DNA of 64,000 nt. Origin: Armatimonadota bacterium (GTDB lineage: Bacteria > Armatimonadota > SYMT01). The stretch lies in assembly GCA_041690135.1 (NCBI GenBank), contig JAWLHY010000009.1, positions 302,066 through 366,065 of the forward strand, written 5' to 3'. Position numbers and translations under genes: made by a program. Positions 19,158-30,000 of the stretch are shown here, piece by piece. Each line of letters opens with the position of its first letter. Positions within the stretch are counted from its first letter, which is position 1. The notes below the pieces were generated by a model. It was not told the DNA's origin and ran no database searches. It was given only the letters and a program-made list of their open reading frames with translations.

Positions 19158-20645
19158 CTAGCCCACCAGGTCCTTGATCACGTGCGCCGGTTCGACGCCG
19201 GTGAGCTTCTGGTCCAGGCCCTGGTACTTGAACGTGAACCGGTCGTGGTCCATGCCCAGCAGGTGCAGCACCGTGGCGTGGAAGTCGCGGATATGGACCG
19301 GGTCCTTGACGATGTTGTAGGAGAAGTCGTCCGTTTCCCCGTAGACCTGGCCGCCCCGAGCTCCGCCGCCGGCCATCCACATCGTGTAACAGCGCGGGTG
19401 GTGGTCGCGGCCGTAGTTCTCGCGCGAGAGTCCGCCCTGGGAGTAGATGGTCCGCCCGAACTCCCCGCCCCAGATGATCAGCGTGTCCTCGAAGAGACCC
19501 CGCTGCTTCAGGTCCTGAACCAGGCCCCAGCACGGCTGGTCCACGTCCTTGCACTGGCTCGGCAGGCGCCCGGCCACGTTGGAGTGGGTGTCCCAGTTGT
19601 TGTGGTAGATCTGGATGAAGCGCACGCCGCGTTCGGCCATCCGGCGCGCCAGCAGCACGCTGTGGGCGAAGCTGCCCGCGTTCTTGGCCTCCTCACCGTA
19701 CAGCTTGTAGGTGCTCTCCGGCTCCTTGGAGGTGTCGGTCAACTCCGGCACGCTGGCCTGCATCCGGAACGCGAGCTCGTACTGCTGGATGCGGGTGTGT
19801 GTTTCTTCGTCGCCGACCGTCTTGAAGTTGAGCTGGTTGAGGGATCGCAGCGTGTCCAGCGTGCGCCGGCGGACTTCCGTGGGCACTCCGGGCGGATTGT
19901 TGATGTAGAGGATGGGATCTCCCGCCGAGCGGAACGACACCCCGGCGTGTTCCCCGGAAAGGTACCCGGAGGACCAGAGCCGCGCCGAGATCGCCTGGAC
20001 CTGCTCCTGGTTGGAGGGGCGGGCCACCAGCACCACGAACGTCGGCAGGTTCTGGTTCATCGAGCCGAGGCCGTAGCTCGCCCACGCGCCCAGGCAGGGC
20101 CGGCCGGTGATCTGGTTGCCGGTCTGCATGTAGGTGATGGCCGGCTCGTGGTTGATCGCCTCCGTGTGCATGCTGCGGATGAAGCACATGTCGTCGGCCA
20201 TCTTCGCCGTATAGGGCAGCAGCTCGCTGATCCACATTCCACCCTGCCCGTACTGCGCGAACTTGTACTTGGAAGGCGCGATGGGGAAGCGTGCCTGGCC
20301 GGAGGTCATCGTCGTCAACCGCTGGCCGCGGCGGATCGAATCCGGGAGGTCCTTGTCGTAGAACTCCTGCATCTTCGGCTTGTAGTCGTACAGGTCCATC
20401 TGGGGCGGACCTCCGACCATGTGCAGGTAGATCACCCGCTTGGCCCTGGGCGCGAAGTGGGGGCCGATCGCGCCCGCGACCTTCGCCGCGGCGTCACCTG
20501 CCGCGGGCGCGCCGTTCTTCTGCGCCGCCTCCGCCTCGTGCATGCCGAGGGCGGTGAGGGCCGCCCATCCCAGGGCATTCCCGCCACGGCGCAGGAACTG
20601 CCGCCGCGTTTCCAATCGAACCCATTCTTCTAAATCAGGGTGCAT
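19158..20645 (-). CDS. DUF1501 protein, Tat signal
   Basis: TRRQFL; HMVGGPPQMD; WGGEFGRT; GRDHH. Confidence 0.92.
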   Translation of the reverse strand: MHPDLEEWVRLETRRQFLRRGGNALGWAALTALGMHEAEAAQKNGAPAAGDAAAKVAGAIGPHFAPRAKRVIYLHMVGGPPQMDLYDYKPKMQEFYDKDLPDSIRRGQRLTTMTSGQARFPIAPSKYKFAQYGQGGMWISELLPYTAKMADDMCFIRSMHTEAINHEPAITYMQTGNQITGRPCLGAWASYGLGSMNQNLPTFVVLVARPSNQEQVQAISARLWSSGYLSGEHAGVSFRSAGDPILYINNPPGVPTEVRRRTLDTLRSLNQLNFKTVGDEETHTRIQQYELAFRMQASVPELTDTSKEPESTYKLYGEEAKNAGSFAHSVLLARRMAERGVRFIQIYHNNWDTHSNVAGRLPSQCKDVDQPCWGLVQDLKQRGLFEDTLIIWGGEFGRTIYSQGGLSRENYGRDHHPRCYTMWMAGGGARGGQVYGETDDFSYNIVKDPVHIRDFHATVLHLLGMDHDRFTFKYQGLDQKLTGVEPAHVIKDLVG

Positions 20646-20668
20646 GGTTCACCTCTTGCTGGGATCAG

Positions 20669-20871
20669 TTTTCGACACAGAGGGACACAGAGATTACAGA
20701 GAAACACGGAATTGGAAGCAGTATGTTTTGGAGAAACAGGCCTGTGGCAACCGGTTAGCACCTGCACAGGGTAGCACCCCCGACCTATCCCCCGGGTAGC
20801 AGGCAATCAAGAGTGCCTGTTCGGTTCCTCTGTGTTCCTTCTGTTCCGTCTGTGTCCTTCTGTGTCGAAAA
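20669..20871. mobile_element. MITE-like element with CACAGA-based terminal inverted repeats
   Basis: ttttcgacacagagggacacaga ... tctgtgtccttctgtgtcgaaaa (22/23 complementary); no convincing internal ORF. Confidence 0.65.
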
Positions 20872-20897
20872 TAGTCACCGTCAAAAACAAGCAAACG

Positions 20898-23800
20898 TTA
20901 TTTGTTCAGGACCTCGTCGAGGTTCATCAACTGGTTGGTCACCATTGTCCAGGCGGCGAGTAGCTCCGGCTGGATGGAGGCGTCGGCCTTCGACTCGCCC
21001 ACGGTGATGAGTTGGACCGCGTCCTTGGCCTGCGACTTGTAGTAGGCCTCCAGGTCCGCCACGCTCTTTTTCACGACGGTCATCTCCTCCGGCCGGAGCG
21101 GCCGCGCCAGCAGGCGCAGGGCCAGGAAGTTGACGCGGCTCTCGACGGTGGCCCCGCCCTCTTTGAGCGCCCGCTGCGCCAGGTGGCGCGCCGCCTCCAC
21201 GAACTGCGGATCGTTCAGCGTCACCAGCGCCTGGAGCGGGGTATTGGTGCGCTCCCGGCGGACGGTGCACGTCTCGCGGCTCGGGGCGTTGAAGATGTCC
21301 ATGGAGGCCGGCGGCGCGCTCCGCTTCCAGAAGGTGTACATGCTCCGCCGGTAGAGGTTCTCGCCGGTGTCGCGGCGGTAGTCCCGGGTGTTGCTCCCGA
21401 TCATCGCCACCGCCTCCCACACGCCTTCCGGCTGGTACGGCTTCACGCTTGGCCCCCCCAGCTTCGGCACCAGCAGCCCGCTCGCGGCCAGGGCGTAGTC
21501 TCGGATTACTTCAGCGTCCATCCGGAACCGGGGCCCGCGGGAGAGAAGCCGGTTCGCCCGGTCCTTCAGGCGCTTCTCCGGCGTGGTCACCGCGGACTGC
21601 CGGTACGTGGCGGAGGTCACCAGCAGCTTGAAGAACTTCTTCACGTCCCAGCCGCCTTCGCGGAACTCCACGGCCATCCAGTCCAGCAGTTCCGGATGCG
21701 AGGGCAGTTCGCCGGTGATGCCGAAGTCGCCCGTCGTGGCCACCAGACCCGTGCCGAACAGCTCCTGCCAGAAGCGGTTCACCGTCACCCGGGTGGTGAG
21801 GGGGTGCTCCGGCAGCAGCAGCCACTTCGCGAAGCCCAGGCGGTTCTTCGGGAAGTCCGGCGGCATTGCGGGCAGGATGTCGGGCGTATCCGCCTTCACC
21901 GGGTCCTTCCGCTGGTCGTACTCCCCGCGGAACAGGATGTACGCCATGGCCGCCTCGTTCTTCTCGTTGGCCACGTGCGCGATGGTGCCGCGGGCGCGGA
22001 TGTTCCGGTCTTCGCTCTCGAGAGACGTCAATTTCGCCGCGATCGGCTTGTACTGGTCGTCCAGCGCGGGGAGCCACCAGTTGAACAGCTCGTCCTTCTC
22101 CTTGGGAGAAAGCTGCTTGGCGCCTCGCGAGGCGAGCCACGCTGCCCGGGTGCCGCGCATCACCTGCTCGACCTCGGCCTCGGAGAGGCTGCGGTCGTAG
22201 AGGCGGATGTCGTGCACACCCAGGTTCTCGATGTGCGAGGTGGTGTGGCGCTGGGCGATCTTGAGCGGGACCTTCGTTCGGATGGTGCTCTTCAGCGCGT
22301 TCGCCTGGGCATCGTGCGGCTTCGGTTCTCCGTCGACGTAGATCTTCACCGAGTCCGGCTTCGCGCCGCCGTTGTAGGTGATCGTGACGTGGTACCACTG
22401 GTTGGCGCGGAGCCGGTCGCGCATCACCACCTTCAGGGCGTCCTCGGGCCACTTGTTGATGATGTGCGTCCCGATCCGGTTGCCTTCCACCCACAGGTCC
22501 CACCCGCGGAAGTCATTCTGGTCGTCCATCCGCGCGATGATGGCGCCGCCGGTGCTGCCGGAGGGAAGCCGGACCCAGGCCGAGCAGGTGAAGCCCTGGT
22601 CTTTCTCGAAGTCGCCGGCCTCAGGGATCTGCACGTCCGCTCCCGGCTTGCGCTGGAATGCGCGGCCCGCGACCTGCCCGGCGATCCACCCGGGATCCCC
22701 GGCGGCGGTGAGCTTGACGGCCCGGCCGTCGACCGTGACGTTGAGGTCCTTGCCCTTGCCTTCGTCCAGCGGCGCGTGGAAGCGGAGGCCGTTCTTCGGA
22801 ATCTGGGCCGTCACCGCGAGGGCGCTGGCGCCGTTCAGCCACTGTTCGAAGTCGGCGCGGGCGGCCTGCTTGCGGGCGTCGGACTGCATCCGGACTGCCT
22901 GCAGCTCCTTCTGGAGCGCATCGAACCGCTCCCGGTCTTCGGGCTTGGGCACGGCGATGATCGGCGGCGTGTCCTTGATGTTGCCGTCCATGGCGCCCTG
23001 CGTCGTGTTATTGAAGAAGGCCGCCATCTCGTAGAACTCCCGCTGGCTCAGCGGGTCGAACTTGTGGTCGTGGCACGTCGCGCAGCCGGCGGTGGCGCCC
23101 ATCCACACGGCCGCGGTGGTCTCCGTGCGGTCCCGGGTGTAGAGGACCAGGTACTCCTCCGGGATTACCCCGCCTTCGTTGGTGGTGATGTTGCACCGGT
23201 TGAAGCCAGTCGCCACCAGTTGGTCCACGGTCGGCTTGGGGAGCAGGTCGCCGGCGAGCTGCTCGATGGTGAACTGGTCGAACGGCAGGTTCCGGTTGAA
23301 GGCGCGGATCACCCAGTCCCGGTAGGCCCAGATTTCGCGGTAGTTGTCGAAGTGGATGCCGTGCGTGTCTGCGTAGCGGGCGGCATCCAGCCAGTAGCGG
23401 CCGCGGTGCTCGCCCCAGTGCGGGCTGGCCAGGAACTTATCGACGAGCTTCTCGTAGGCGTTCGGGCTCTTGTCTTTGACGAACCGCTCCACGTCGGCGG
23501 GGTCCGGCGGGAGGCCGGTCAGATCGAGGCTAAGCCGGCGCGCCAGGGTCCGGCGGTCCGCTTCCAGCGCCGGTTTCAGCCCAGCCGCCTCGAGCTTTGC
23601 CAGGACGAAGCGGTCGATCGGGTTCCGGGACCACTTCTTATCCTTGACGGCCGGCAATGCGGGTCGGGTGGGGGGGATGTACGACCAGTGTCGTTCGTAG
23701 GTCGCGCCCTGGGCGATCCAACGCTTGAGGGTATCGATCTGCTGGGCCGTCAGCTTCTTATGCGAGCTGGGCGGCGGCATCAGCAGGCTGGAGTCCTTGG

Positions 23801-24194
23801 TGATCAGGCGCGCTACCAGGGCGCTCGCGTCCGGCTTACCGGGAACGAACACGCTCCGGGCCAGCGCATCCTCGCGCCGGTCCAGCCGGAGGTCCGCTTT
23901 CCGGGCCGCGGAGTCGGGGCCGTGGCAGGCAAAGCAGTTGTCGGCCAGGATCGGGCGCACGTCGCGGTTGTACTGCACGGTGCCGGCACCCGGTTTTGCA
24001 TTACCGCCGCCGGCCGGTTTGGCACCTGCCTTGCGGGTGGGCGCTGCAGCCTGGACCGGCGCCTTCTTCGTTTGCGCGGTCTTAGGAGGTGCGGCCGGTG
24101 CCGCCTCCGACCACATCGCCGCGGCGAGCGGTACCAGCGTCACGGCGGCCCAGCCGAAGGTCTTTCGATAATGGCTTCTGTTCCGGTTGCTCAT
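20898..24194 (-). CDS. PSD1/planctomycete cytochrome c protein (DUF1549 + LamG-like + DUF1553), no loop insert
   Basis: CFACH, CATCHDH; LamG-like WYHVTITY...IRLYDRSLS; HPELLDWMAVEFREGGW. Confidence 0.92.
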   Translation of the reverse strand: MSNRNRSHYRKTFGWAAVTLVPLAAAMWSEAAPAAPPKTAQTKKAPVQAAAPTRKAGAKPAGGGNAKPGAGTVQYNRDVRPILADNCFACHGPDSAARKADLRLDRREDALARSVFVPGKPDASALVARLITKDSSLLMPPPSSHKKLTAQQIDTLKRWIAQGATYERHWSYIPPTRPALPAVKDKKWSRNPIDRFVLAKLEAAGLKPALEADRRTLARRLSLDLTGLPPDPADVERFVKDKSPNAYEKLVDKFLASPHWGEHRGRYWLDAARYADTHGIHFDNYREIWAYRDWVIRAFNRNLPFDQFTIEQLAGDLLPKPTVDQLVATGFNRCNITTNEGGVIPEEYLVLYTRDRTETTAAVWMGATAGCATCHDHKFDPLSQREFYEMAAFFNNTTQGAMDGNIKDTPPIIAVPKPEDRERFDALQKELQAVRMQSDARKQAARADFEQWLNGASALAVTAQIPKNGLRFHAPLDEGKGKDLNVTVDGRAVKLTAAGDPGWIAGQVAGRAFQRKPGADVQIPEAGDFEKDQGFTCSAWVRLPSGSTGGAIIARMDDQNDFRGWDLWVEGNRIGTHIINKWPEDALKVVMRDRLRANQWYHVTITYNGGAKPDSVKIYVDGEPKPHDAQANALKSTIRTKVPLKIAQRHTTSHIENLGVHDIRLYDRSLSEAEVEQVMRGTRAAWLASRGAKQLSPKEKDELFNWWLPALDDQYKPIAAKLTSLESEDRNIRARGTIAHVANEKNEAAMAYILFRGEYDQRKDPVKADTPDILPAMPPDFPKNRLGFAKWLLLPEHPLTTRVTVNRFWQELFGTGLVATTGDFGITGELPSHPELLDWMAVEFREGGWDVKKFFKLLVTSATYRQSAVTTPEKRLKDRANRLLSRGPRFRMDAEVIRDYALAASGLLVPKLGGPSVKPYQPEGVWEAVAMIGSNTRDYRRDTGENLYRRSMYTFWKRSAPPASMDIFNAPSRETCTVRRERTNTPLQALVTLNDPQFVEAARHLAQRALKEGGATVESRVNFLALRLLARPLRPEEMTVVKKSVADLEAYYKSQAKDAVQLITVGESKADASIQPELLAAWTMVTNQLMNLDEVLNK

Positions 24195-24196
24195 AA

Positions 24197-24907
24197 TCAG
24201 TCCTCGATCGTTGCCGTCGTCACCAGCGCGCGGCTCCAGTACTTGGCGCCGCCTTCGATGTGGAGGCCCATCGACCGCACCGCATCCTGGCGCCGCCCGT
24301 CCAGCAGGCTCTCGACGATGGAGAGGTGTTCGTGCGCTTCTTCCGCCACCCGGTGCAGGTCGTTCATCGCCTCATCGTGCTCCCACGCCATGTCGCGGAA
24401 AGCCCGGAAGAGGACCTTCAACCGCGTCAGCTCCTTCGCCAGGAAGGCGTTGCCGCTCGACCCCGCGATCAGGTCGTGGAGGCGGTTGTCCGCATCCCGC
24501 GCTTCTTCCACGTACCGGGGGTCCGACAGGTCGGCCAGCGCCTGGCGCCGGAAGTCGTCCGCGAGGAGTTGCAGCGCCTCCGGATCGATCCGGCCGCACG
24601 CGGTGCGCACCGCCTCGCATTCCAGGGCACGCCGGACCTGGCAGATCTCATAAACTTCCCGGGCCGTGACCCGGCGCACCACGGCCCCCCGGTTGGGGAG
24701 GAGGTCGATCACGCCGATTCCGGCCAGCGAGATCAGCGCCTCCCGGACCGGCGTGTGGCTGACCCGGAACCGGTCCGCAAGCTCCCGCGTCACCAGGTGC
24801 TGACCCGCCCGCAGTCGTCCCTGGAATACGTCCCGCAGCAGCGAGTCGACGATCATCTGGCGCCGCTGGCCGTGGTCCCAGGCCGGCGCTTCTACCAGTA
24901 ACGACAC
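24197..24907 (-). CDS. GntR family (FCD) transcriptional regulator
   Basis: LADRFRVSHTPVREAL HTH; GGAGG RBS before GTG. Confidence 0.9.
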   Translation of the reverse strand: MSLLVEAPAWDHGQRRQMIVDSLLRDVFQGRLRAGQHLVTRELADRFRVSHTPVREALISLAGIGVIDLLPNRGAVVRRVTAREVYEICQVRRALECEAVRTACGRIDPEALQLLADDFRRQALADLSDPRYVEEARDADNRLHDLIAGSSGNAFLAKELTRLKVLFRAFRDMAWEHDEAMNDLHRVAEEAHEHLSIVESLLDGRRQDAVRSMGLHIEGGAKYWSRALVTTATIED

Positions 24908-25093
24908 CCCACCCTCCATGCAAGTGAAACTTTGGAGATAGAGTTCCCGCCTGCTGCCTGTGCTTCCTGCAATTCTACAGAATCCGTCGCTAATTCTATA
25001 GAATTGCCACTTCCACCCGCCGCGGGAGGCGGTCACACTTCAGTGGGCGAAAGGTAAGGTGAGCGCCGTTGCTCATCCGATCTTCGTGGATCT

Positions 25094-26833
25094 ATGCGCC
25101 TGAACTTTTCCAGCCAACTTCCTCCTAACCCGCGGGTTCGTCATCTCCGCTTCGCCGCCTCCGTCGCGGCGACCCTGGCCGCGACGGGACTGGTGGCCCT
25201 GGCCGCCGAAGCACCGGACCGCAACACCGCGCCCGCTCCTTCTGCAACCCTCCGCGCCGGGAGGGAACTCGCCGGTCAGCGTGCCCCGAACGTGCTGCTG
25301 ATCCTGGCCGACGACATGGGCTTTTCCGATCTCGGCTGCTACGGCAGCGAGATCCGTACCCCGAACCTGGATCGCCTGGCGGAGAACGGCCTGCGGTTCA
25401 CCCAGTTCTACAACGCCGCGCGCTGCTGCCCGACCCGGGCCTCCTTGCTCACCGGTCTCTACCCGCACCAGGCCGGCGTGGGGCATATGCTGGGGAACTG
25501 GCGGCCGCCCGCCTACACGAACGGTCTCAACGACCGCTGCGCGACGGTGGCGGACCTCCTGCGGGAGGCGGGCTACCGCACTTACCAGGTGGGCAAGTGG
25601 CATGTCGGCGGGATGGGCGTCCAGGCTAACGGCGGCAACTTCCCGCTCGACCGCGGGTTCGACCGGTTCTACGGCACGGCCGGGGGCGGCAACTACTTCG
25701 CGCCGAAACCGTTGTTCCTGGACCGGCAGCCGGTCCAGCCGGGGGAGGGGTACTACCTGACGGATGCCCTGAGCGACCAGGCTGTCCGCTTCCTCCAGGA
25801 ACACGGCCAGGACCACGCGGAGCGGCCGTTCTTCCTGCACCTCTGCTACACCGCGCCGCACTTCCCGCTGCACGCCAAGCCGGAAGATATCGCCCGGTAC
25901 CGCGGCAAGTACCGGGACGGCTGGGATGCGGTGCGAGAGCGGCGTTTCGCGCGCCAGAAGAAGCTGGGGATCGTCGATCGCCGGTGGAAGCTATCGCCGC
26001 GGGATCCGGTCGCGCAGCCCTGGTCCGAGACGAAGGACCGCGATGAGTGGGACCTCCGGATGGCCGTCCATGCCGCCATGGTCGACTGCATGGACCAGGG
26101 GATCGGGCGGGTGATGGACGCCGTCCGAAAGCTGGGGGCCGAGGAAAACACCCTGGTCCTCTTCCTCTCCGACAACGGGGCCAGCGCGGAGTTCCTCGAC
26201 TCCTGGCCCAATCCGGCCCGCGGGCACAAGCCGGGCGCGGAGACGGGAACGCGGGAATCCCACCGGTGTGTCGAGGTCGGCTGGGCGAACGCCGCGAATA
26301 CCCCATTCCGGGAGCACAAGATGTGGGCCCATGAAGGCGGCATCGCGACTCCGCTGATTGCACACTGGCCGAAGGGGATCCGCGGCACGAACCGTCTCAC
26401 CCGCTCCGCGGGGCATGTGGTGGACCTGATGCCTACCCTCCTGGATGTGGCCGGAGCCGGGTATCCGGAGAGTTTTCGGGGGCGGAAGCTGACCCCGGTG
26501 GAAGGCCGAAGCCTGGTACCGGCGTTTTTACGAAACGAGCTCCCCGAGCGGACCCTCGCCTGGGAGCACGAAGGGAACCGGGCCATCCGCCGCGGCGACT
26601 GGAAGCTGGTGGCAACGTACCGCGGCCCGTGGCAGCTTTACGACCTGAAGAAGGATCGCACGGAGACGGACGACCTTTCGGCCCGGCACCCGGAGAAGAC
26701 GCGCGAGTTGGCGAACCTCTGGCAGCAGTGGGCCGACCGCGTGGGGGTGGTCCCGTGGGAAGAACTCCCCGGCGCCGGCTACAAGCCTACTCCGGGCTAC
26801 CGGCGCAAGTCCGAACCCGTAGAACTCCAGTGA
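25094..26833 (+). CDS. Arylsulfatase (Cys-type, formylglycine-dependent)
   Basis: ILADDMG, CCPTRASLLTG, GKWH and SDNG motifs. Confidence 0.93.
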   Translation: MRLNFSSQLPPNPRVRHLRFAASVAATLAATGLVALAAEAPDRNTAPAPSATLRAGRELAGQRAPNVLLILADDMGFSDLGCYGSEIRTPNLDRLAENGLRFTQFYNAARCCPTRASLLTGLYPHQAGVGHMLGNWRPPAYTNGLNDRCATVADLLREAGYRTYQVGKWHVGGMGVQANGGNFPLDRGFDRFYGTAGGGNYFAPKPLFLDRQPVQPGEGYYLTDALSDQAVRFLQEHGQDHAERPFFLHLCYTAPHFPLHAKPEDIARYRGKYRDGWDAVRERRFARQKKLGIVDRRWKLSPRDPVAQPWSETKDRDEWDLRMAVHAAMVDCMDQGIGRVMDAVRKLGAEENTLVLFLSDNGASAEFLDSWPNPARGHKPGAETGTRESHRCVEVGWANAANTPFREHKMWAHEGGIATPLIAHWPKGIRGTNRLTRSAGHVVDLMPTLLDVAGAGYPESFRGRKLTPVEGRSLVPAFLRNELPERTLAWEHEGNRAIRRGDWKLVATYRGPWQLYDLKKDRTETDDLSARHPEKTRELANLWQQWADRVGVVPWEELPGAGYKPTPGYRRKSEPVELQ

Positions 26834-26867
26834 AGTCTTGATGTGCGTCGTCGCGGACGCTGCGGAT

Positions 26868-26921
26868 CGGCTGGGCGAGTGAACTCGCGCCTACAAACAG
26901 CGAAGCCGACCTCCGTCGGCT
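26868..26921 (-). repeat. GTAG-type REP-like element, copy 2
   Basis: Reverse strand gtaggcgcgagttcactcgccc plus hairpin agccgac-ctcc-gtcggct. Confidence 0.7.
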
Positions 26922-27080
26922 GGGAAGGTATAAGGATTCATGCGCCTACCCACACATCCAGTTTGACAATTTCACCCTTGTTCACAGTCGATTTAAGAGC
27001 CACCACGAGAGAAGCGGCCCGGGCAGTCTGCCCGGCGGTACCCGTTTTTCTCGTGTGAAGTGGTCGTAAGCCTGCAACCT

Positions 27081-30000
27081 ATGTCCAATTTCAATAAGTC
27101 TCACCGGCACTCCCGCTCCTGGACGGCGGCCATAACCCTGGCCACGCTCGCCGCCGGCTCTACCCTCTCCGGTCTCGCCGCCCCGCAGAACGGGACTAAA
27201 GCCGCGGCCGTTTCCCCGAAGCGCCAACCAGCGCAGACCATTTCGAAGGCTCGACCAACGCGCGCCGCGACTGGACCCAAGGGTTCGAATACACAACACG
27301 CAGCACGCAATAAGCAACCCAACGCCCAACGCCCAACGCCTAACGCTCAACCCGTCCAATACAACCGCGACATCCGCCCCATCCTCTCCGACAACTGCTT
27401 TGCCTGCCACGGTCCGGATAAGAACACGCGGATGGCGAACCTCCGGCTGGACCTGCGGGAAGAGGCCGTGAGGCACGGGGCGCTCGTTCCCGGCAAACCG
27501 GACGCGAGCTCGCTTATCGCCCGCATCAATTCTGCGGACGCGGACCTGTTGATGCCGCCGGTCGCCTCCCACAAGAAGCTGACCCCGGCGCAGAAGCAGC
27601 TTCTCCGGCGCTGGATCGCGGAGGGGGCGAAGTACGAGGCACATTGGGCCTACACGCCCATCCGCCGACCCGAGATCCCGAAGCTAACGGACCCCCGCTA
27701 TGCCTCCCGGAACCCGGTCGATGCCTTTGTCCGCGAGAAGCTGGCGGCCCGGAAGATCCTGCCCTCGCCGGAAGCGGACCGCCGCACGCTGCTCCGGCGC
27801 GTCTACCTGGACCTGACCGGACTGCCGCCGACTCCGGAGGAGGTGCGGACCTTCCTCGAAGACCGTTCTCCGGATGCCTACGAAAAGGTCGTTGACCGGC
27901 TCCTGGCTTCCCCGCACTTTGGGGAGCGGATGGCGGCGCCCTGGCTGGACGTGGTGCGTTACGCCGATACGGTGGGCTTTCACGGAGATCAGAACCAGAA
28001 CGCCTGGGCCTACCGGGACTACGTGGTCGATTCGTTTAATCGGGACAAGCCGTTCGACCAGTTCACGATCGAGCAGATCGCGGGGGACTTGCTGCCGAAC
28101 CCCACGCCGGAACAGTTGAGCGCCACCTGTTTCAACCGGCTGACGATGATGACGCGGGAGGGGGGCGCCCAGCCCAAGGAGTACCTGCTGAAATACCAGG
28201 CGGACCGGGTGCGCACCGTCGGCATGGCGTGGCTGGGGGCGACCCTCGGCTGCGCCGAATGCCACGACCACAAATTCGACCCGATCAGCCAGAAGGACTT
28301 CTATTCCCTCTCCGCATTCTTTGCGGACATGCGTCAGTGGGGGGTCTACGCGGACTATTCCTACACCCCCAACCCGGATCTGCGCGGCTACAACAACGAC
28401 TACCCGTTCCCGCCGGAGATCAAGGTGCCGAGCCTCTACCTGAAGGAGCGCATCCGGAAGCAGCGAGCCCGGATCGAGGCGATCGCGCTCGGGACCGAGG
28501 CGGATCTCCGCGCCGAAGCAGCCCGGAAGGCCTATGCGGAATGGCGCGCGGGTGCGGTCGAGTTCTTGACCCGCAACCCCGAGGGGTGGGCCGTGCCGGC
28601 GCCCGAGGCCATGGCCACCCTGGTGAGGGCTCCGAAGCTGAAGCCGGGGGAGAAACCGCCCACCCCAACAGTTGATGTCGCAGCCGACGGAAGCATCCGG
28701 CTGGCGGACCCGCGTCCGGCTCACCTGGAAGTGAGGCTGCGCCCGGAAATCCGCGGTGTGGCGGCGGTGCGCCTGGAGCTACTTCCGGACGCGGCCAATG
28801 GTGGCTCCATCTTCCGCCCGGAGGTGGAGAGCGCCACGCTGATGTTATCCGCGACCGTCACCCGTGGGGCCGGTAAGCCGCAGTCGGTCTCCTTCCGGCA
28901 TGCCGGGGCCAACATCGCCGAGCCGCGGTACCGCAGCGGGTTCGAAATCGTCGGCGTGCACGGCGGCTGGAAGCTCGGCGCGAAACAAGCGTCCGAGCGG
29001 CACGTATCGGTCTGGTTGCCGGCGGTTCCGCTGAGCCTGGCCTCCGGGGACGTGCTGACGTTCAGCCTGCGTGACCTGAAGGCGGCCAGGATCCGGTTTG
29101 CGGTGTCCCCCTTCGTTCCGGACGATCCGGACTCTCCGGCCTTTCCGCCTAACCTCAAAGAGGCGCTCGAGAACCCGGTCTCACCGGCTGGGAAGACGCT
29201 GGCCCTCCGTAGTTACCTGCTTTCCACTGCGTGGAACAAGGCGGCTTTCGAGGGCGCAGCGGCGGCGGAAGCCGACTTGTTCGCCTGCCGGGACGGGATC
29301 ACCCCGGTGATGGTTACCGAAGCGACCGAGCCGATGACCATCCGCCTGCTGCCCCGCGGCAACTGGCAGGATGAGAGCGGGCCGGTCGTCCAGCCGGCGG
29401 TCCCGGCCTTCCTCCCCGGCTACCGGGCGGATCCGGGCCGGCGACTGAACCGCCTCGACCTGGCGAAGTGGCTGGTCTCCCCCGAGAACCCGCTCACGGC
29501 GCGCGTCTTCGTGAACCGCCTCTGGAAGCAGTTCTTCGGCAACGGCCTCTCCGGAGTGGTGGAGGACCTCGGCGCCCAGGGTGAATGGCCCACGCATCCG
29601 GAGTTGCTGGACTACCTGGCCTCTCGTTTCTCCGCGCCGGCTTCGGTGAGCAGCGCGCGAGGGAGCAAGGGTGAAGGGGGCAAGGGGGAACCGAGTAACT
29701 CGAACCGGTACGGCTTGGCAGGACGCAAGGGCGCCGGGGGAAAGGGGGAAAGGGAGATCCAAACTTTGCGCACCGTAGCAACTTCTGGTGCTCTGGGTTC
29801 GGATTACGCAATACGCAATACGCAATACGGGTTTGCGTGGCGCATCAAGCCCCTGGTCAAACTGATCGTGACCAGTGCCACCTACCGGCAGTCGTCCAAC
29901 TTGCGGGCGGAGCTGCTTGAGCTCGACCCCAATAACCGCCTCCTTGCGAGCCAGAACCCGCGGCGGCTGGAGGCGGAGTTCGTGCGGGACAACGCTCTCG

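Noticed and set aside
21012-24653. Long antisense ORFs (also 182-2416, 10288-12687, 33528-35735, 52338-54224)
   Set aside because: Shadow frames of well-supported genes in high-GC DNA; no motifs.
29622-29834. Intein interpretation of the DUF1553 inserts
   Set aside because: Too short and low-complexity; no C-terminal His-Asn followed by Cys/Ser/Thr and no splicing blocks.
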